Source: a bacterium (GTDB lineage Bacteria; Vulcanimicrobiota; Vulcanimicrobiia; Vulcanimicrobiales; Vulcanimicrobiaceae). From it: 51,149 nucleotides of DNA. Both the position numbers and the translations under genes were made by a program. How positions within the stretch are numbered: position 1 is the stretch's first letter; the number at the start of each line of letters is the position of its first letter. The notes below the pieces were generated by a model. The model was not told the origin of the DNA. It saw nothing but the letters and a program-made list of their open reading frames with translations, and made no database searches. Where the stretch lies: the NCBI GenBank assembly GCA_021806945.1, contig JAKAPQ010000001.1, forward strand, positions 1-51,149, written 5' to 3'. This document shows, piece after piece, positions 48,023 through 51,149 of this stretch.

Positions 48023-49381
48023 CTACCGGATCGCAGCCTGCAGCGCCGTAAGCACGGCGGCGTCCTGTTCCGGGGCGACCGTTCGCAGGTCAAAGAGCAA
48101 GGCGCCGTTCTCGACGCGCCCCACGAGAGCGGGCTCTCCTCGGCGCAATCTAGCCGCGAACGCATCGGCTCCGGCGGGCGGGCGCAGGGAGACCGCAATC
48201 GAGGCGATCTCGGTCTCCGGCAGGCAACCGCCGCCGACGCGCGCGCTGCTCTCCATCACGCAAGCGCCGAGTACGGCCGGCAGCTCGTCCACGTAGCGCT
48301 GCGCGCGCGACCGAAGCTCCCGCTGCGGTGCGCCGAGCATGCGGTAGAGCGGGATGGCTTCGAGGCCCTCCGCGGAGAGATAGAGCCGCAGCGTCGCGCC
48401 CAAAGCTGCGATCGTCGACTTGTCGACGCGCAGGGCACGCAGGAGCGGATTGTCGCGCAAACGCGCGATCAGCGGTGCGGTGCCGACGACGATGCCGGCC
48501 TGCGGCCCGCCCAAGAGCTTGTCGCCGGAAAACGCGACCGCGTCGATGCCGTCGCGCACGGCCTCCTGCACGGTGCGCTCGTGCGGCAAACCGTACGCGG
48601 CCAGATCGACGAGCGCTCCGCTGCCGAGGTCTTCGACGACGGGCACGCCCACGCGCTTACCGAGCGCCGCGAGTTCCTCGGGCGGCACGTCGTGCGTGAA
48701 ACCGGAGATCCGGTAATTCGAGGCATGCGAGCGCAGGAGCAGCGCGGTATTCGGCGTCAGCGCGCGCTCGTAATCGCGCAGGTAGACTTTGTTGGTCGCG
48801 CCGACTTCGACTAAGCGGGCGCCGCTGCGTTCGAGTACGTCCGGTAAGCGAAAGCCGCCGCCGATCTCGATGAGCTGATTGCGCGCGACGATCGCCTCGC
48901 GCCCCTTTGCGAGCGTGTCGAGAATCAAAAGCACGGCCGCCGCGCAATTATTGACGACGAGAGCGTCCGGCGCGCCGGTGATCGCCGTCAGCAGCGCCGT
49001 CACCCGTGCGTAGCGCGAACCGCGGGCGCCGGCCTGCAGATCGAACTCGAGATTGGAGTAACCACCTCCGATCCGGCGAACCGCATCGAGCGCCGCCGGA
49101 GCGAGCGGCGCGCGCCCGAGGTTCGTATGAAGCAGTACCCCGGTCGCGTTGATCGTTTCGAGCAGCGTCTGCGTACGCTCGCGCTCCAGGCGATCGATTA
49201 CGCCCGCCAGCAACGCCTCATACTCCGGAAGAGGAACGCGGCTTCGCGCGTCATCGAGCTCGCCGGCGATCGCGCGCTTGACGTTTTCGCGGCCGAGCGC
49301 GAACTCGTAGCGGCGCACGGCAGGCTCGTCGAGGAACCGGTGCACCGCCGGGATCGCGGCGAGCGACTCCCGCCCGTTCAA
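48023..49381 (-). CDS. selA: L-seryl-tRNA(Sec) selenium transferase SelA
   Basis: 'NATGVLLHTNLGRAPL', 'EFDLQAGARGSR' and the PLP-Lys context 'FSGDKLLGGPQAG'. I chose the TTG at 49381 because it overlaps the trxA stop (TTGA) and gives an N-terminus 'NGRESLAAIPAVHRFLDEP', similar to SelA N-termini. Confidence 0.9.
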   Translation of the reverse strand: MNGRESLAAIPAVHRFLDEPAVRRYEFALGRENVKRAIAGELDDARSRVPLPEYEALLAGVIDRLERERTQTLLETINATGVLLHTNLGRAPLAPAALDAVRRIGGGYSNLEFDLQAGARGSRYARVTALLTAITGAPDALVVNNCAAAVLLILDTLAKGREAIVARNQLIEIGGGFRLPDVLERSGARLVEVGATNKVYLRDYERALTPNTALLLRSHASNYRISGFTHDVPPEELAALGKRVGVPVVEDLGSGALVDLAAYGLPHERTVQEAVRDGIDAVAFSGDKLLGGPQAGIVVGTAPLIARLRDNPLLRALRVDKSTIAALGATLRLYLSAEGLEAIPLYRMLGAPQRELRSRAQRYVDELPAVLGACVMESSARVGGGCLPETEIASIAVSLRPPAGADAFAARLRRGEPALVGRVENGALLFDLRTVAPEQDAAVLTALQAAIR

Positions 49382-49710
49382 GCGGGATTCAGGTGTCTGC
49401 TCAACATCGACGCGATCGTCTGTTCGGGGACGTATCCCACGATGCGATCGACGGCCTGGCCGCCCTTGAAGAGAATCAAACACGGTATGCCCGATACCTG
49501 GTAGGTTCCGGCCAAGCTCGGGTTTTCATCGGTATTGAGTTTCATGAACTTCGCCTTGCCCGCATGAGAAGCGGCGACTTTCTCTACGATCGGCGAGAGC
49601 ATCTTACACGGACCGCACCACGGCGCCCAGAAATCGACCAGCACGGGCTGCTCGTTCCCCAGGACTTCCTGCTGAAAAGTGGCTTGCGAAACGTCTGCTA
49701 TTGCGCTCAT
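49378..49710 (-). CDS. trxA: thioredoxin
   Basis: 'VLVDFWAPWCGPCKMLSPIV...GIPCLILFKGG'. 110 aa from the ATG at 49710. The upstream 39 codons of the tracked ORF fall in the repeat region and are discarded. Confidence 0.9.
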   Translation of the reverse strand: MSAIADVSQATFQQEVLGNEQPVLVDFWAPWCGPCKMLSPIVEKVAASHAGKAKFMKLNTDENPSLAGTYQVSGIPCLILFKGGQAVDRIVGYVPEQTIASMLSRHLNPA

Positions 49711-49751
49711 GGTTTTTCGTTCGATCCTCCAGTCATATGTAACACCCGTTA

Positions 49752-49989
49752 CCGGGCCGTGAGTTGCGTCTACGCTAACGTGAAAACGGCGCATCCGCGC
49801 TGCGCGCTCCGCGCCCCCCGTCGGCAAAGCCGCCGGGGCCCCCGGCCTTCGGCCCCAGTCGCATTTTCAACCGGGCCGCGAGTTGCACCTAAGCTAACGT
49901 GAAAACGGCGCATCCGCGCTGCGCGCTCCGCGCCCCCCGTCGGCAAAGCCGCCGGGGCCCCCGGCCTTCGGCCCTCGCGCATTTTCATC
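49752..49989. repeat. two tandem copies of a ~119-bp GC-rich structured element
   Basis: Copy A is 49752-49870 and copy B is 49871-49989. The 82-nt core 49774-49855 is identical to 49893-49974. The flanks differ by a few substitutions and one 1-nt indel. Confidence 0.9.
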
Positions 49990-50028
49990 CGCTTCCGTGT
50001 GGCCCCCGGGGCCATGGCTTACGATCGG

Positions 50029-51149
50029 CTAGATCTCCGGCTGCTGCGGCTCGCCGGTAATGCCGGTGATCTGTTCGGCCTGCTTACCCATATTGGTTAT
50101 GGCTATCACCTCGTCGCCATCACCCAAACGCTGCAGGCGAACCCCTTTGGTAGAGCGGCCCGCTTTGCGAATATCTCCGACCTTCAGGCGGATTACCTGA
50201 TTGGCGGAAGTGATCATGAGAATTTCGTCGTCGCGCGCCACCATTATTTGGTCGACCACGTGGCCGATGTCTTCGCGCTCCTTGGCGAATGCCTTGACCC
50301 CCTTGCCGCCGCGCGACGTATGGCGGTACTCGTCGATCGCGGTCCGTTTACCGAAGGCCCTGGAGGTGACCAGCAAGACCTCCTTGCGGTCCTCTTCGAC
50401 GACGTCCATCGCGACGACGGAGTCTCCGCGATCCAGCGACATCGCCTTGACGCCGCGCGCGTTGCGACCCATGGGGCGGACGTCCTTCTCGTTGAAGTGT
50501 ACGGCCATCCCGACGGTCGACCCGAGGATGATATCGCGCGATCCGTCCGAGAGATCGACCGCGAGCAGCTCGTCTCCCTCGTCGAGGTTGATGGCGTTGA
50601 GGCCGTTGCGGCGCACGTTGGCGAACGCCTCGAGCTTCGATTTCTTGATGACGCCGTTCTTGGTAACCATGACGAGATACTTCTCGCCTTGAAACTTGTC
50701 GATCGGGAAGACCGCCGAGACTTGCTCGCCCGGGGGCAGCGTCAACAGATTCACGAGCGCCGTGCCGCGCGCTTGCCGCGTCGTATCAGGGATCTCGTAG
50801 CCCCGCAAGCGATAGATGCGGCCCTTGTTCGTAAAGAACAGCACGTGATCGTGCGTGCTGGTCGTAAAGAAATTTCGCACGACGTCTTCACGCTTGAGAT
50901 TGCTGATGCCGATCACGCCGCGGCCGCCGCGGTTTTGCGTCTTGAACGTGTCCGTCGAAACGCGCTTGATGTAACCGCCGACCGTATACGTAACCACGAC
51001 CTCGGTGTCCGGAATCAGCGCCTCGACGGAGAACTCGTCTTCGGCCGGCACGATCGCCGTACGGCGCTCGTCGCCGAAGCGCTTCTTCATATCCAGCGCC
51101 TCGACTCGCACGATCCCGGCGATGCGCCGGTCGCTCCCGAGAATATCTT
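50029..51149 (-). CDS. gyrA: DNA gyrase subunit A, C-terminal part (gene continues beyond the right edge)
   Basis: GyrA C-terminal beta-pinwheel repeats: 'YIKRVSTDTFKTQNRGGRGVIG', 'FFTNKGRIYRLRGYEIP', 'QARGTALVNLL', 'VMVTKNGVIKKS'. The frame stays open to base 51149. Confidence 0.95.
   Translation of the reverse strand, partial: DILGSDRRIAGIVRVEALDMKKRFGDERRTAIVPAEDEFSVEALIPDTEVVVTYTVGGYIKRVSTDTFKTQNRGGRGVIGISNLKREDVVRNFFTTSTHDHVLFFTNKGRIYRLRGYEIPDTTRQARGTALVNLLTLPPGEQVSAVFPIDKFQGEKYLVMVTKNGVIKKSKLEAFANVRRNGLNAINLDEGDELLAVDLSDGSRDIILGSTVGMAVHFNEKDVRPMGRNARGVKAMSLDRGDSVVAMDVVEEDRKEVLLVTSRAFGKRTAIDEYRHTSRGGKGVKAFAKEREDIGHVVDQIMVARDDEILMITSANQVIRLKVGDIRKAGRSTKGVRLQRLGDGDEVIAITNMGKQAEQITGITGEPQQPEI

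Noticed and set aside
50001-50013. The GGCCCCCGGGGCC hairpin just after the gyrA stop, considered as an intrinsic terminator.
   Set aside because: It has only a 5-bp stem with a 3-nt loop, and no U-tract follows on the minus strand. That is insufficient to call a terminator.
49770-50015. An 81-aa minus-strand ORF across the 119-bp repeats, and the N-terminal extension of trxA to 49827.
   Set aside because: The repeat period is not a multiple of 3, so the two copies are read in different frames. The sequence is Arg/Gly/Ala-rich and carries no motif. Thioredoxin homology starts at the ATG at 49710.

Overview
This is a high-GC (~67%) bacterial chromosomal window, densely coded, with frequent GTG/TTG starts and 4-nt start/stop overlaps. 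I cannot assign a taxon. All product calls rest on motifs I recognise by eye in the supplied translations, because no database search was possible. Contents, left to right:
- A cluster of four secreted or lipoprotein genes of unknown function.
- A long minus-strand operon: GH20-like hydrolase, ion-transporter-type permease with a PDZ-like tail, M20 dipeptidase, SAM methyltransferase, hydantoinase-A-like protein and a small PH-like protein.
- A plus-strand run: GH15 hydrolase, degenerate class III cyclase, a sigma-region-2/RskA fusion, GNAT and an MDR oxidoreductase.
- c-di-GMP turnover genes flanking ettA.
- A vapBC toxin-antitoxin pair next to tRNA-Sec (selC).
- Cell-envelope glycosylation genes.
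- A tryptophanase/TPL-family lyase with a GMC oxidoreductase pair.
- An AGPS-like flavoprotein, GlpD and FGGY kinase trio.
- An orphan, lower-GC DNA methyltransferase, a GAF histidine kinase, typA and mscL.
- A tightly coupled minus-strand chain trxA-selA-selB-adenine deaminase-clpB, downstream of a partial gyrA.
I found no CRISPR array, transposase, integrase or recognisable defence island. The most unusual item is a tandem pair of 119-bp GC-rich, multi-hairpin elements with an 82-nt identical core. It fills the gyrA-trxA/selA/selB intergenic region and I cannot assign it to any known RNA or repeat family. Other points worth a second look:
- An ECF sigma factor that lacks region 4 and is fused in frame to an RskA-type anti-sigma domain.
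- A catalytically degenerate cyclase with a polyproline tail.
- A permease ORF that reads 272 nt into the downstream peptidase gene.
- The organisation of the selenocysteine machinery.
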